From sequence record NC_031126.1: a stretch of DNA of 64,000 nucleotides; one strand, given 5' to 3'. Below the pieces are notes generated by a model. The model saw only the letters and a list, made by a program, of their open reading frames with translations, did no database searches and was not told the origin of the DNA. Shown piece after piece: positions 47,334 through 56,319 of the stretch (positions within the stretch are counted from its first letter, which is position 1; each line of letters starts with the position of its first letter). The position numbers and the translations under genes were made by a program.

Positions 47334-47351
47334 GTTTCAGGAGCTACAACA

Positions 47352-47879
47352 ATGTCCGATCCATTTGCGGCAAAAGTACAAACCCCACTTGATTGTGTAC
47401 TGACGCGTGACCAGGTTATTACCCGCATCAACGTACTGGCAGAAACGCATCTCATGTCCATGAAAAATACAGTGGCTGATGAAGTGTTTGAATCAGTAGC
47501 GGATTTCCCAGTTGAACTCATCAACAACTCTGTTAACGGGTATCAACGTTTTTTGACCGACATCAGTGGTTCCGGTGGCGATAGCGCTGCTATAATCGCA
47601 GGTTTCATTCTTCGGTTCAAAACTGCCATCGTCTATGAATTCGGGACTGCCGTTATTGATGGTCTGAAAGACGAAGTATTCGTTAAGATGAACGACCAGC
47701 AATACACCGAAGCTTTTGGTAAAGAAGATATGCCTACGCTTTGGGGTGTGGCTAATCCTAAATTGGAAAAAACGCCCGTCAATCGCGACTACGACATGAT
47801 TGCTACGTGGTTGTTCATCAATAATGCCAAGTGGTTAATCGTGCGTGTTGGTGCTGCCCTGGATGAGGTGAATAAATGA
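47352..47879 (+). CDS. Hypothetical protein
   Basis: AGGAG RBS. Confidence 0.7.
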   Translation: MSDPFAAKVQTPLDCVLTRDQVITRINVLAETHLMSMKNTVADEVFESVADFPVELINNSVNGYQRFLTDISGSGGDSAAIIAGFILRFKTAIVYEFGTAVIDGLKDEVFVKMNDQQYTEAFGKEDMPTLWGVANPKLEKTPVNRDYDMIATWLFINNAKWLIVRVGAALDEVNK

Positions 47880-48157
47880 TGGAATCAATGGCCGTTAAGG
47901 AAATGTTAGTTTGGCACATCGTCGGGGGGTTGGTTCGCGATAACAACAACACTGTAATGAACGATGAAGATTTCATTCCGCTGGATGCCGAAGTCCATCT
48001 GATGAATGAAGTGAATGCATCGGTCCCAGAAACCGCCTGTGCACCTTGCCCGGATGACAAAGTTGTTCGTGTTAAGCAGTTCCTAATACCGCCACACCAT
48101 GCGCAAGAGTGCGGTTATCATGCGGCGTATGTTATCTGGCATTTTGACAAAAAATAA
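47876..48157 (+). CDS. Hypothetical protein
   Basis: Overlaps the upstream stop, 93 aa. Confidence 0.6.
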   Translation: MMESMAVKEMLVWHIVGGLVRDNNNTVMNDEDFIPLDAEVHLMNEVNASVPETACAPCPDDKVVRVKQFLIPPHHAQECGYHAAYVIWHFDKK

Positions 48158-48206
48158 ATAAGACCACCCACTCCCGAAGGAGTGGGTGTATCTTTCTTTT
48201 TTTTGC
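48158..48206. terminator. Bidirectional terminator
   Basis: CACCCACTCC-CGAA-GGAGTGGGTG flanked by A and T tracts. Confidence 0.85.
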
Positions 48207-49082
48207 TTAACGCATCTGGTTAGCCATGAACTCATCAGACACAGTGTTGAAGCCACCGGAGGTAGCATTAACATCTGGGTTGATACCGTCATTCTGCTGA
48301 GACGGAGTCAGCCACAGTTTACGTTCCATAGGACGCAGACCGTACAGCTTCATACGTTCCAGTTCAGACTGAGCAGCCTGCATCGGGCCCCAACCTGTCC
48401 ATTGCTGGGAGGTGAAGCTGATAGACAGTTCGTTCGTCTGTGGACCGGCGTTCGGATCACGTTCGCCGATATCCTGGCCAGCAGTTTCCGGAATCATGTT
48501 GGTCAACCACCAGGCGTTCTGCGCTTTACGCTGATACGCATCCGGTTCGATATACAGCACAGTAAGGCTGTACATATCCGGCAAGTGGTCTGGCACATTC
48601 GGGTTGATTGCCGCGATACCTGGATGACCAGTTTGCGGGTCACAAAGACCGTAGATGAGCCATGCGGCTAACATGTTCTGGAACACCTTACCATACTTAT
48701 CCGGCGTGGTGTGGGTCACAGAAGACAGTGCTTCGGTTACCAGACCTGCTTCGTACTGAACACGGTTGTTACGACCCTGTTGGGTCTGAACAGCTTCGTG
48801 ACTCAGGGTCTTATCCAGACCAGTGATGGTAGTGTGCACTTCGATGAAGGACTTGATTGCCTGACGCCAGATTGACGGGTTCGGCATGTAGTCCACCCAA
48901 CGAGGGAACTCCATTACGCGCGCAATAACGTTACGGCGCAGACGGTGGGCGTTCGTTACAAACTTGCCGACCTGACCAACGGGACCGTTCTGGCCGGAGC
49001 CGAACGCGTTGACCATGTCGTACTTACCACCGTCGAGATGGAAGCCCTGGTTAGGCTGAATCAAACGTTCTTTAATCGCCAT
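48207..49082 (-). CDS. Tail tube protein (phiKZ gp30-like)
   Basis: 291 aa directly downstream of the sheath, TLYIEPD...AWWLTNMIP tube-like segment. Confidence 0.78.
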   Translation of the reverse strand: MAIKERLIQPNQGFHLDGGKYDMVNAFGSGQNGPVGQVGKFVTNAHRLRRNVIARVMEFPRWVDYMPNPSIWRQAIKSFIEVHTTITGLDKTLSHEAVQTQQGRNNRVQYEAGLVTEALSSVTHTTPDKYGKVFQNMLAAWLIYGLCDPQTGHPGIAAINPNVPDHLPDMYSLTVLYIEPDAYQRKAQNAWWLTNMIPETAGQDIGERDPNAGPQTNELSISFTSQQWTGWGPMQAAQSELERMKLYGLRPMERKLWLTPSQQNDGINPDVNATSGGFNTVSDEFMANQMR

Positions 49083-49085
49083 TTA

Positions 49086-51143
49086 TCAGCTCTCCCGACG
49101 GTAAACTTTGATGGTGGTGTTGAACTGAGTCAGCAACACACCGCCGTACGCGTTCAGATCCAGAGTTACAGAGTAACCGTTGGAAATGTCTTCCGCTGTG
49201 AAGTATGCGTTCGGAGTCACATCAGCGATGCCGTCGAGTTTGCCATTCAGGCGCTCAACGATACGCTTATTGATTTCCTTCGCAATTTCATCACGAGTCA
49301 GACGGCTTTCACCTGACATGTCCGCCCACACACGGTCAGAGACGCGGTAGACGTAAGTCATGATGAAGTTGAACAGCGCGTTGTTCAGTACCGAGCGTTC
49401 TTCGTCGTAGATAGACTGGAACGCTGGGATGAACAAACGGTAGTAGTCGTAGGAACGGGCAGTGACCAGTGACACATCCCAGTCGGATGCATATACGTCG
49501 TTACCTTTCCACGGCATGCTCAGGTCTGCCAGGTCTTCAATGACCGTCTGCTCACCACGGCTGAAACGCATGGCCGGATCGGCCTGCCCTTCGCCAGCAC
49601 CGAGGTACTTGGAGAAGAAGTTTGCCAGGGTGTAGTTCATCGGCACGGCTTTCTTGTAAGAAGAGCCACGGATGATAGCAGTCTGACCAGTCACCATCCC
49701 ACGCGCTGCGGCAGTGCCGTAACGTGCAGATTCCGGAACGGAAGTGATGAGTTCGATCAGGGCAATCTTCGCACCTTCTTCGGTCTGAAGGTCATTACGG
49801 CCTTGATCGAATACGTGCGTTGCCAGGGTCAGGAAGGTGTTGCGAGACTTACCAATGAAGTTCACGCAGGCAGCTTTGGTATCGAAGCTGAAGCCGGAGT
49901 CCCAGAAACAACCCAGGGAGTATTTCAGTTCGTTATCATAGCTGACTTTACCACCGTCAGGGAACAGCAGCATTTCGCGACGCACCAGTTCATCATAAGC
50001 TTCATTGCCCATGGTGCCATCGTCACCACCTTGCAGGTAGTGGATGTTGCTGGCGCTGTATACCGTTTTACCGGTTTCAGTCGCTGGGTTAACCTGGAAA
50101 CCGTCATACGGTTGACCAGTGAGATCCATACCGCCGAACAGGTCGATGAGGTACGGGTCAGAAACCTGAGAAGTGGTATTAGCAGCATTAACAGCAGCCT
50201 GTGCCAGCTTCAGTACCGTTTCGAGATCATCATGATAAACATGGAAACCTTCGAACGGACCGTAGTTTGGCAGCTGACCAACCTCTGGCGTAGTCTTACG
50301 ATACGCGTCCGCAACGACTTCTTCGAAGTCCAGCGGAGTTCTCATCGGCTGATAGTATGCATCGGGCTTAAAGCTGAAGTTGATGCTGGACATGGATGTG
50401 AGGGTCTTCCAGATAACTGGAGACGACACACCTGCCAGAGTTTCAAACCACTGGAGCGTGTAAACACGACCACCTACCGCCTGCTGGTATGCAGAGGTGA
50501 GTGCCGGAGATGTTTTCTCGTTCAGCGGAATCAGCTTATGGCCGAAGCCGTTACAGTCTGCGCCAGCGTACGGTGCCTTGATATCGTAAATCGGATACAT
50601 CTTAGACTTCGCACCACCGGTGCCGGTCAAAGTGCCTTCGATTTGAATCGCAGTCCCGAATTCAGGTGCGGTATCATCAATCAGCAGACTGCGAAGCACG
50701 ACCAGGATACCGTCCACCTGAGCGGTGACTTTCGGTTTGCCTGCGGCGTCGTACACCACTTTACCACCTGCGTCGCGTTCGTACTGAGGCACTTTCGTGG
50801 CCAGGACGTCAGCGTACAGACGGTAAGTTGCGGTTTTCGCATCGTCTGGGATCAGACGTTGGTACATACATTCGTTGCCGTTCGCATTGAACATTGCCTG
50901 GTAAGGCGAGTTGAACGTTGCGTACGGACCACGAAGGTCGAACACGCTGCGGCCAAGCAGATCGAGCGCGTTATCCCCGAATAACGGGAACGCTTCGTTA
51001 TCTACCCCACGCGCAGCGAAGGTGAAGATCAGCGGCTTATGAATCGGATCGCCCGTAGGCGTCCGTACAAGTTCGGGTACAGAGTTATCTTGCATCCCTT
51101 CCTTGTAATTCAACGGCGCAGCGTTACGTGGAATATAGGTCAT
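49086..51143 (-). CDS. Contractile tail sheath protein (phiKZ gp29-like)
   Basis: ~685 aa, YLQGGDDG and FWDSGF motifs, GGAG RBS with ATG at 51143. Confidence 0.85.
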   Translation of the reverse strand: MTYIPRNAAPLNYKEGMQDNSVPELVRTPTGDPIHKPLIFTFAARGVDNEAFPLFGDNALDLLGRSVFDLRGPYATFNSPYQAMFNANGNECMYQRLIPDDAKTATYRLYADVLATKVPQYERDAGGKVVYDAAGKPKVTAQVDGILVVLRSLLIDDTAPEFGTAIQIEGTLTGTGGAKSKMYPIYDIKAPYAGADCNGFGHKLIPLNEKTSPALTSAYQQAVGGRVYTLQWFETLAGVSSPVIWKTLTSMSSINFSFKPDAYYQPMRTPLDFEEVVADAYRKTTPEVGQLPNYGPFEGFHVYHDDLETVLKLAQAAVNAANTTSQVSDPYLIDLFGGMDLTGQPYDGFQVNPATETGKTVYSASNIHYLQGGDDGTMGNEAYDELVRREMLLFPDGGKVSYDNELKYSLGCFWDSGFSFDTKAACVNFIGKSRNTFLTLATHVFDQGRNDLQTEEGAKIALIELITSVPESARYGTAAARGMVTGQTAIIRGSSYKKAVPMNYTLANFFSKYLGAGEGQADPAMRFSRGEQTVIEDLADLSMPWKGNDVYASDWDVSLVTARSYDYYRLFIPAFQSIYDEERSVLNNALFNFIMTYVYRVSDRVWADMSGESRLTRDEIAKEINKRIVERLNGKLDGIADVTPNAYFTAEDISNGYSVTLDLNAYGGVLLTQFNTTIKVYRRES

Positions 51144-51181
51144 GGAACATCTCCATAAATCGTCTTTTAAGACCAATTGGT

Positions 51182-51190
51182 CATACTAAG
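51182..51190 (-). promoter_or_regulatory. Putative late promoter CTTAGTATG
   Basis: 39 nt upstream of the sheath start, identical to 9347-9355. Confidence 0.55.
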
Positions 51191-51200
51191 GTAGCATCTC

Positions 51201-52109
51201 ATGGCACTCGAAAACGCATACACAGGTAATATTTTCCGCAGCTTTGACTTGGTTAGCCTCGCGGCCAGCCTGGAATTAGCCCGTAAACTTAATCAAACCA
51301 GACAGCAGTCTGAGGAAGTTCACTACGTAGTTGAGACTGCCGATGTGAAACCATTTCCTTTACCGATTGTTATCGGTGACGACGTGTATGTTGATGCACG
51401 TACGTTTACCACGCTGGACAAATCCGGCGAGCTAAAAATTCGTAACCCGATCGAGCACGCATTGCGACTCGACCAGGCACGTTGGGAACTGGTGTGGAAA
51501 CGGAACAATGGGAAGCATGGTTCCTTGATGGCGCAACTTCCTTACCACCATGAGATTTACAGTAAATGGGTGGGGGATGCGATCACTCACGCGCATTCAC
51601 TCACTCCATATCAAAGTGGGCAAATCCGCGCAGCGGCTGCTTTGTTCTCTGTAGGTCAATTCTACAACAACTTCGAAGACGAGCTGAAGATGATGCGTTT
51701 GCAGCAAGAGCTGTCGCGTCAACTGGGTTATCCTATCGAAATGTTCGAAGCCGTAACTGGCCACACAGAGTTTCTGTTCCCACGTAACATTGAAGAATTT
51801 GTTGAGATGGTTCGAGCGGCTGACATTACGCCACGTCTTGCAGATTTCAGTGTTCTCGGTTTACAGCAGTTGCTCGGTACCAGCTTCTTCGGTATCAGCT
51901 ACGATAAACAGCTCTGCACCAGTGCGCTGGAATATCCGCCGTCTCTGCTGGTTATGATTGCAGCGTCGCTGGAGAACAATATGTTTAACCGCTCCCGCTT
52001 AGGTGGCACGGTGAAGAAATCAGACACGGCGAAACGGAAAGATAAATTCCTGTTCACCTACAACCTGATCATGAACCAAAACACCAAGCCACCGAAAGTA
52101 CAAGACTAA
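51201..52109 (+). CDS. Virion structural protein (phiKZ gp28-like position)
   Basis: Synteny: divergent from the sheath, upstream of terminase. Confidence 0.6.
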   Translation: MALENAYTGNIFRSFDLVSLAASLELARKLNQTRQQSEEVHYVVETADVKPFPLPIVIGDDVYVDARTFTTLDKSGELKIRNPIEHALRLDQARWELVWKRNNGKHGSLMAQLPYHHEIYSKWVGDAITHAHSLTPYQSGQIRAAAALFSVGQFYNNFEDELKMMRLQQELSRQLGYPIEMFEAVTGHTEFLFPRNIEEFVEMVRAADITPRLADFSVLGLQQLLGTSFFGISYDKQLCTSALEYPPSLLVMIAASLENNMFNRSRLGGTVKKSDTAKRKDKFLFTYNLIMNQNTKPPKVQD

Positions 52110-52119
52110 GAGGTTCGCT

Positions 52120-54630
52120 ATGGAGAACTGGCTGGTCGCTCATGCGGTGCGAAACGCATGGCAGCGTCCAAGTAACGATGGGGTGCTTAACATCGCCCCT
52201 AATCGCATCACTCCGAATTCAGGGGCTATCGGTTTTATCCGTGATGGACGAGCGTCCATGCCACTCCCAGGTGAAGGTTGGTGGCACGTCTACACGGTAG
52301 ACAAACTGCACCTCAATTTCGGTAATATTAAACTTCCCCCCGACCGCTGGAAGAAACTCAGTACCTGCGTCAATGCTTTCAGCTCATTTATGCTGTTGTA
52401 CAATGACCGGGGCACCACGTTCCCATTGGATAAGGCACGCGTCATTCGTCGGGCCTCGGGGCAGATTCTGTTAGCCTTACCACAAAGTGAGCGCTATAAC
52501 TGGTTGGACACCGAAACATTGTACTGGCGAATCTATGCCGGTTACGACGGCGGGGATTATGCAGGTCTTCCACTACCGACCACAGTTGAGTTCTGGGACA
52601 CGCCGAACGGCACGCAGATTCAACGTGCGTGTGATCGCTATCGTGAACTCCAGGCTGCTAAGAAAGGACACGTTACTTTCTGGCTCAATGGGGTAATGCT
52701 TGAGTCGCCTGTTCCAAGTGACATTGCCACTTGGGATGACGTAGAGATTCATGTCGATGGGCGTGTGAAGCGAGTGGTGGATTTCCGTTGTGGCGATTTG
52801 TCTACATTCCAATCGACTTTGGACAGTAAGCGTAAGTACCTGCTGCATTTACCAAAAGGGTCGGAGAACTGGACGTTCAACAACGATGTAGAAATCCACG
52901 TTCTGCGTGAACGCGACGGGCGCTACTACTGGAAGCATCGCCATCTGTCGATTCGACAGGTAACGTTTAACGACTTGAGCATACCAACCGAGCGTATCAG
53001 CCAGCTGCGCAATAGCTTTAAGAATCTGAACGACATCGACGATTTAATTATTCGTGTGGTGATTCGTGATGACTACTTGCGTACGCCTGTGTTGTTTAAC
53101 GCCCGACACATTCATGACCTGTATCGTCTCGAAGACCCGTTGATTGTTTCTGCGATGACTGGGGTTAACTCCACGATGCCGGAATGGTTAGCGAAGAACC
53201 TCGAGTTGGCCGATTACAACAAACTGGCTGCCGCACAGTTCCAGAACATCACGCGGGACCTGTGTACCGATGCGTATGGTTATAACGCAACGTCTCGCTA
53301 TTCGGCGGATACGCCACAACGGCTGTCGTTAGACAACGGCGTTTGGCGCTGTACGTTGCCAGACTTGTTGGCCGTTCGTTCTGTTGTGTATGAGTACGAC
53401 GGTAACGGTATGTTGTTGGGCTGGAACCGCCACGCTGGTACAACGGACTACCATGCGAAGAATCCTGCTGCACGGATTGTGGAAGCAATTGCTGGTGATG
53501 TGGATGACGCGGTTCACATTGTGGACAATGCACCGGACTTCGATATTCCGGAAGGCATTAACGTCACATTGTGGGTACGTAAAGTTGTCAGTGGTGCGCC
53601 CACGAACGAGTATACGTTGGCCGTAGAAGGTACGGACTACACTCGAGTGGATGCAACCATCACTTGGACGGTTGACCGGACACGGCGTTGGCCGACGGTG
53701 ATTTACGATGATGTGCACCTGTTGTTCGAACAGACTGTCAATGTAAACCAAGGGCAAATTCGTGTGCCGATTCTGGGTCGGAGTGAATCCGAGCCGATTC
53801 GTACGCTATGGACGCCGATGGAAACCGTTGAGGTGTGGTTAAACAAACACCCGCTGGTCTACGGTATTGACTACGTGGTGGTGTGGCCTGAGATTGTGAT
53901 TGTGGCCAAGACCTGGATGTCGGACGGTGACACGAACGATGTGACTGTACGCGCACGCGGTGTAACTGGCATTACCCGTTCGCCGAAGACGGGATTCGTA
54001 TCCAGCGGCTTGCTGTCGAATAACAGTCGTTTCGATGTTCGCGACGACAAAGTGATTCGTGTGGTTGCAGGCGGCGGTTTATTGCTGCGTGAAGATGTGG
54101 TGTTCCGTGAGGACAACTCAGTAGGGACTGACATCGTGCCCGATGGTTTCCCGTTCTCGGTGGATGACCCAACTATTCCGCTACGCACGTTGGTTAGTCA
54201 GGATACCTATGACATGCGTGATGTTTCGCGTGACCTGGATTCCCGAACCGAAGAATATCTCACTACCTTCTTCCCAACGCCACCGCCGGTTAACCCAGTA
54301 CCGCTGAAAGGCTGGTACCACTTGTTCAGTCCACTGCTGAATAAACTGCTGTGGGACTACAAGAATAAAAATCTGATACTGGTAGAAGACGATCCGGAAT
54401 ATCGTATCTCAACTACCCAGCTGGACAGAGTCATGGTTGGCTACATTAGCCTTCTGCAATTCGACCCGGCTTACATTGGCTATGATAAAGCCTTTGTGCG
54501 TGTGCATCCGCATTCGCTGTACCAGGTTGTAGAAGTTGATGAGTTGGGCTTTGCTTTCTTAGACCGTGTGAATGCACGGTATCTAAACGGTGAAGTTCAG
54601 CTGAACCAGTATCTGAAAATCAAAGGTTAA
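52120..54630 (+). CDS. Virion/baseplate structural protein (phiKZ gp27-like position)
   Basis: 836 aa beta-rich. Synteny. Confidence 0.6.
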   Translation: MENWLVAHAVRNAWQRPSNDGVLNIAPNRITPNSGAIGFIRDGRASMPLPGEGWWHVYTVDKLHLNFGNIKLPPDRWKKLSTCVNAFSSFMLLYNDRGTTFPLDKARVIRRASGQILLALPQSERYNWLDTETLYWRIYAGYDGGDYAGLPLPTTVEFWDTPNGTQIQRACDRYRELQAAKKGHVTFWLNGVMLESPVPSDIATWDDVEIHVDGRVKRVVDFRCGDLSTFQSTLDSKRKYLLHLPKGSENWTFNNDVEIHVLRERDGRYYWKHRHLSIRQVTFNDLSIPTERISQLRNSFKNLNDIDDLIIRVVIRDDYLRTPVLFNARHIHDLYRLEDPLIVSAMTGVNSTMPEWLAKNLELADYNKLAAAQFQNITRDLCTDAYGYNATSRYSADTPQRLSLDNGVWRCTLPDLLAVRSVVYEYDGNGMLLGWNRHAGTTDYHAKNPAARIVEAIAGDVDDAVHIVDNAPDFDIPEGINVTLWVRKVVSGAPTNEYTLAVEGTDYTRVDATITWTVDRTRRWPTVIYDDVHLLFEQTVNVNQGQIRVPILGRSESEPIRTLWTPMETVEVWLNKHPLVYGIDYVVVWPEIVIVAKTWMSDGDTNDVTVRARGVTGITRSPKTGFVSSGLLSNNSRFDVRDDKVIRVVAGGGLLLREDVVFREDNSVGTDIVPDGFPFSVDDPTIPLRTLVSQDTYDMRDVSRDLDSRTEEYLTTFFPTPPPVNPVPLKGWYHLFSPLLNKLLWDYKNKNLILVEDDPEYRISTTQLDRVMVGYISLLQFDPAYIGYDKAFVRVHPHSLYQVVEVDELGFAFLDRVNARYLNGEVQLNQYLKIKG

Positions 54631-54633
54631 CAC

Positions 54634-56277
54634 ATGACGACTTTGAAAACTGATATCATCGATCCCGATCGTGGGTGGCGGCCGTGGGGTCTACCCGACC
54701 TTTACGACATCAACAAGCCCACTGGGTTTGTGCCTAACCCAAAAGACTGGATTATCGATCCCGATACCGATATCGTCTACCGTGTCGAAACCGTAAACTA
54801 TTCGGTTCCTTCCTGGACGACGAAGGTTATCAATGGTATCCCGGCTAACAACACCAATAAAGTGTTGGGTGGCCACTATCCTCTGCGTTCTGACAAGTAT
54901 CGCATTTACGTGGATACCTCTAAGAATCCTGCGAGTATGGTTGTTGATAACAACCTGACCTGGAACGGCCCAGACATTGATGGGATTCGTATCTTCCGTG
55001 GCGCGGACGTTTCAGACAAAGCGGAGATTCTGTCCGGCTTCTACAAAAACGGTCGCCTAGACAAAAACTACCTGCCGATGCAAACCATCTCTAAAGATGA
55101 CGTAGACACGGTAGTTAAGTCTCCGCTTCCAGGCAGCTGCTTGGCTCCGGTTAAGCACGGTGAGGAATTCTCTTACATCGTGTATGCCGACTCGGGCGAA
55201 GTGGTTGACATGGGTACAGGGTACATTATCCTTACCAACCTGGTTATGGCGCAGGAAACTCCGTCACGACAGGTTGTGGATATTCGCCTCGACTCTCCGT
55301 TCATCGTGGATGACAACTCGACAGTTTTAACTCTGCCGATTAACATTCCGTTAGACTCTATTCCGTTGAAAGCCAAAGTGCGATATACCGACGGTGAGAA
55401 GACGTTGCCGATTGACGGTGCCCGTGTGAAATTGAATGGCCTGCGAAATGCCGGTGCCCACGATACGTACTACATCGCGTCTAACGCTGGTGCAGAACTA
55501 CCGTTGTTACTGAGCTACCAGCTGGCGAAAGGGGAGAGCTTTGTTGGGCCTAACGTGAACGACGGGATGATTTGGAAAGAATATACCGCCGTTACCGAAG
55601 CGACCGACGGGGCGTACTCGATGAAACTGTTCGTGGTGCCGAAGTGGCTTGATGCTTCTCGCGGCTACCGCCTACAGTTCTTCCTGTACAGCCTGACCCG
55701 TGGCATGGTATATGACGCAACCGCAGCATGTGCTTTCACCACAGGTACTTTGTTCGACCCACTCCTGATGGGTGTCAAGCAGCGCTTAAATGTGCAGTGC
55801 GACATCAGCAAGGTTGATCCGAAATTCGTGGCCTTTATTCAGTCGCAGTCGTTTGCCATTACCCTGATTAATCCGGGTAATGAGTTGAACACCAACTACC
55901 TGATTGAGTATCTGCCAGATGGTCTGAAATACGGCGAAAATGTATGGGCGGAGTTCAAATACTCTAACGTCACCTACTCCGAAATCGATGTCTCCATTAA
56001 AGCGACAACGAAAGCGCAGTGGTTGCAAACCCTGTACGATCCGATTTACCCGCTGTATGACCGCCGTAACGAAACTGGCCCATTAGAACCAACCCATTTT
56101 GAAATTCACGTCGGTGGCCAGGTTTATACCTACGCTGTTGATGACTGGATGACGAAGAAGGTGGTTGACTATCGTGTGGCGCTGGACGATGTGTTGGTAA
56201 TCCGCTGGATTCGCCGCACACCGACGGACGACCTGCAATTAGGTTGCTCGCCAATGTTGGCGCACAACATCACGTAA
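54634..56277 (+). CDS. Virion/baseplate structural protein (phiKZ gp26-like position)
   Basis: 547 aa. Synteny. Confidence 0.6.
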   Translation: MTTLKTDIIDPDRGWRPWGLPDLYDINKPTGFVPNPKDWIIDPDTDIVYRVETVNYSVPSWTTKVINGIPANNTNKVLGGHYPLRSDKYRIYVDTSKNPASMVVDNNLTWNGPDIDGIRIFRGADVSDKAEILSGFYKNGRLDKNYLPMQTISKDDVDTVVKSPLPGSCLAPVKHGEEFSYIVYADSGEVVDMGTGYIILTNLVMAQETPSRQVVDIRLDSPFIVDDNSTVLTLPINIPLDSIPLKAKVRYTDGEKTLPIDGARVKLNGLRNAGAHDTYYIASNAGAELPLLLSYQLAKGESFVGPNVNDGMIWKEYTAVTEATDGAYSMKLFVVPKWLDASRGYRLQFFLYSLTRGMVYDATAACAFTTGTLFDPLLMGVKQRLNVQCDISKVDPKFVAFIQSQSFAITLINPGNELNTNYLIEYLPDGLKYGENVWAEFKYSNVTYSEIDVSIKATTKAQWLQTLYDPIYPLYDRRNETGPLEPTHFEIHVGGQVYTYAVDDWMTKKVVDYRVALDDVLVIRWIRRTPTDDLQLGCSPMLAHNIT

Positions 56278-56281
56278 TAAG

Positions 56282-56316
56282 ACTCCTCCTCCCCGAAAGG
56301 GGAGGAGTGAGGAGGA
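56282..56316 (+). promoter_or_regulatory. Hairpin abutting the terminase RBS
   Basis: CTCCTCCCC-GAAA-GGGGAGGAG stem with no U tract. The 5' arm is also complementary to the SD at 56309-56316. Confidence 0.5.
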
Positions 56317-56319
56317 TAT

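Noticed and set aside
49803-50984. 393-aa plus-strand ORF inside the sheath gene
   Set aside because: Antisense shadow of a strongly biased gene, no RBS, no protein-like motifs.
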